Shown: piece by piece, positions 8,226 through 8,779 of the stretch
Layout of the letters: each line of letters opens with the position of its first letter
Numbering within the stretch: position 1 is the first letter of the stretch
Origin: a virus
Taxonomy: Duplodnaviria; Heunggongvirae; Uroviricota; Caudoviricetes
DNA: 8,779 bases
Direction: 5' to 3' (one strand)
Virus record (IMG/VR): IMGVR_UViG_2671180986_000012
Notes under the pieces: model-generated
What the model saw: the letters and a program-made list of their open reading frames with translations, nothing else
Databases searched by the model: none
What the model was told of the DNA's origin: nothing
Position numbers and translations under genes: made by a program

Positions 8226-8706
8226 CGAGTAAATCCGGTAATTTATCCCCTGCCCGCGCACACTGATTTGCCCCCTTCGCAATAAGGGTTTTCAGATGGT
8301 CAAGATGGCGTGGTGTTAAATCAGGAAACTGTCGTTGCATGGATAAAGGGATGGAATCAAGCGTACTGGATAACGCCATTGCCAGCTTGCTGAGGGCAAA
8401 AATACAGAACCCGGTGTCAATAAGTTTTCCTTTTGACACCTCATTTTTTAACTGCTGTGTAACAGCCTGTTCTGCTGTCAGTTCCCATCTGGCAATAAGC
8501 AATTTTTCCTCATAGTCGTCTTCGCTATCGCCATCAGGCACATCGTTTTTACTTCTTCTCAGATACGATATGTAAAAATCGCGCCAGGCATCCAGATCCA
8601 GTTGCCCTCGCTTATTCGATATCGGGGCACCCGGCAATTTCTGCAATCTGCGAAGCTGGCGATCGGTCAGACTTAAATGCCTGGCAACTTCAGTCTGCGT
8701 AGCCAC
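8197..8706 (-). CDS. Nu1: Terminase small subunit, lambda Nu1 homolog
   Basis: 169-aa ORF with a GTG start at 8706-8704, an in-frame TGA immediately upstream and GAGG 6 nt upstream; TAA stop at 8199-8197. N-terminus TQTEVARHLSLTDRQLRRLQKLPGAPI resembles the Nu1 winged-HTH segment. C-terminal DTGFCIFALSKLAMALSSTLDSIPLSMQRQFPDLTPRHLDHLK...LPDLLDEYI aligns with lambda Nu1 (ETAFCTFVLSRIAGEIASILDGLPLSVQRRFPELENRHVDFLK...IPGLLSEYI). Overlaps the large-subunit start by 29 nt. Confidence 0.85.
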   Translation of the reverse strand: MATQTEVARHLSLTDRQLRRLQKLPGAPISNKRGQLDLDAWRDFYISYLRRSKNDVPDGDSEDDYEEKLLIARWELTAEQAVTQQLKNEVSKGKLIDTGFCIFALSKLAMALSSTLDSIPLSMQRQFPDLTPRHLDHLKTLIAKGANQCARAGDKLPDLLDEYIRATTE

Positions 8707-8779
8707 TCCTCACCTCGCAAAAACTCTCACCTCACAATCACAACAAAACCGGTCATGTCCGGTTCACAGAAGACCTGTT
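8707..8779 (-). promoter_or_regulatory. Leader upstream of terminase small-subunit gene; candidate cosB-like terminase-binding region (speculative)
   Basis: Two copies of ctcacctc on the + strand (8709-8716 and 8726-8733; GAGGTGAG on the minus strand) spaced 17 nt apart, and a perfect palindrome AACCGG-N6-CCGGTT at 8747-8764. In lambda, cosB elements lie immediately upstream of Nu1. No match to lambda R-element sequence is claimed. Confidence 0.25.
8748..8779. other. Not annotated: no further feature supported in the final 32 nt
   Basis: Window ends at 8779; any cosN-like site would be expected further upstream of the terminase gene, beyond the window. Confidence 0.1.

Noticed and set aside
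5607-8282. 891-aa minus-strand ORF apparently fusing terminase to downstream sequence
   Set aside because: A run-through across the 5717-7102 N-run. The visible C-terminal tail (5607-5716) is an out-of-frame reading of the portal gene, and the real terminase start is the lambda-matching ATG at 8225, not the upstream alternative start at 8282.
1-8779. Defence island, CRISPR array, tRNA or integrase in the visible sequence
   Set aside because: No repeat-spacer periodicity, no tRNA-like cloverleaf candidates and no non-structural ORFs were found. All visible coding capacity is accounted for by head and packaging homologs. Anything else would have to be inside masked intervals, which cannot be assessed.

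Overview
About 47% of this window is N-masked (7 N-runs, 4117 of 8779 nt), so only about 4.6 kb can be read. Everything readable is a lambda-like (lambdoid) phage DNA-packaging and head-morphogenesis module, all on the minus strand and in canonical lambda order: terminase small subunit (Nu1-like, 8706-8197), terminase large subunit (A-like, from 8225 into the mask), portal (B-like), prohead protease/scaffold C-terminus (C/Nu3-like), decoration protein (D-like), major capsid (E-like), FI-like, and FII-like running off the window start. The W-equivalent, if present, is masked. Homology calls rest on comparing the six-frame translations with lambda protein sequences recalled from memory, not on a database search. 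I see no tRNA, rRNA, CRISPR array, transposase or defence-type gene in the visible sequence, and no support for a novel system there; if one exists it is inside the masked blocks. The most unusual visible features are a tandem ~140-nt repeat expansion in the C/Nu3 C-terminal region, a strong intrinsic terminator between the major capsid gene and FI, reading-frame breaks in conserved genes at all three short intragenic N-runs, and short repeats plus a palindrome upstream of the terminase small-subunit gene where a cosB-like site would be expected.
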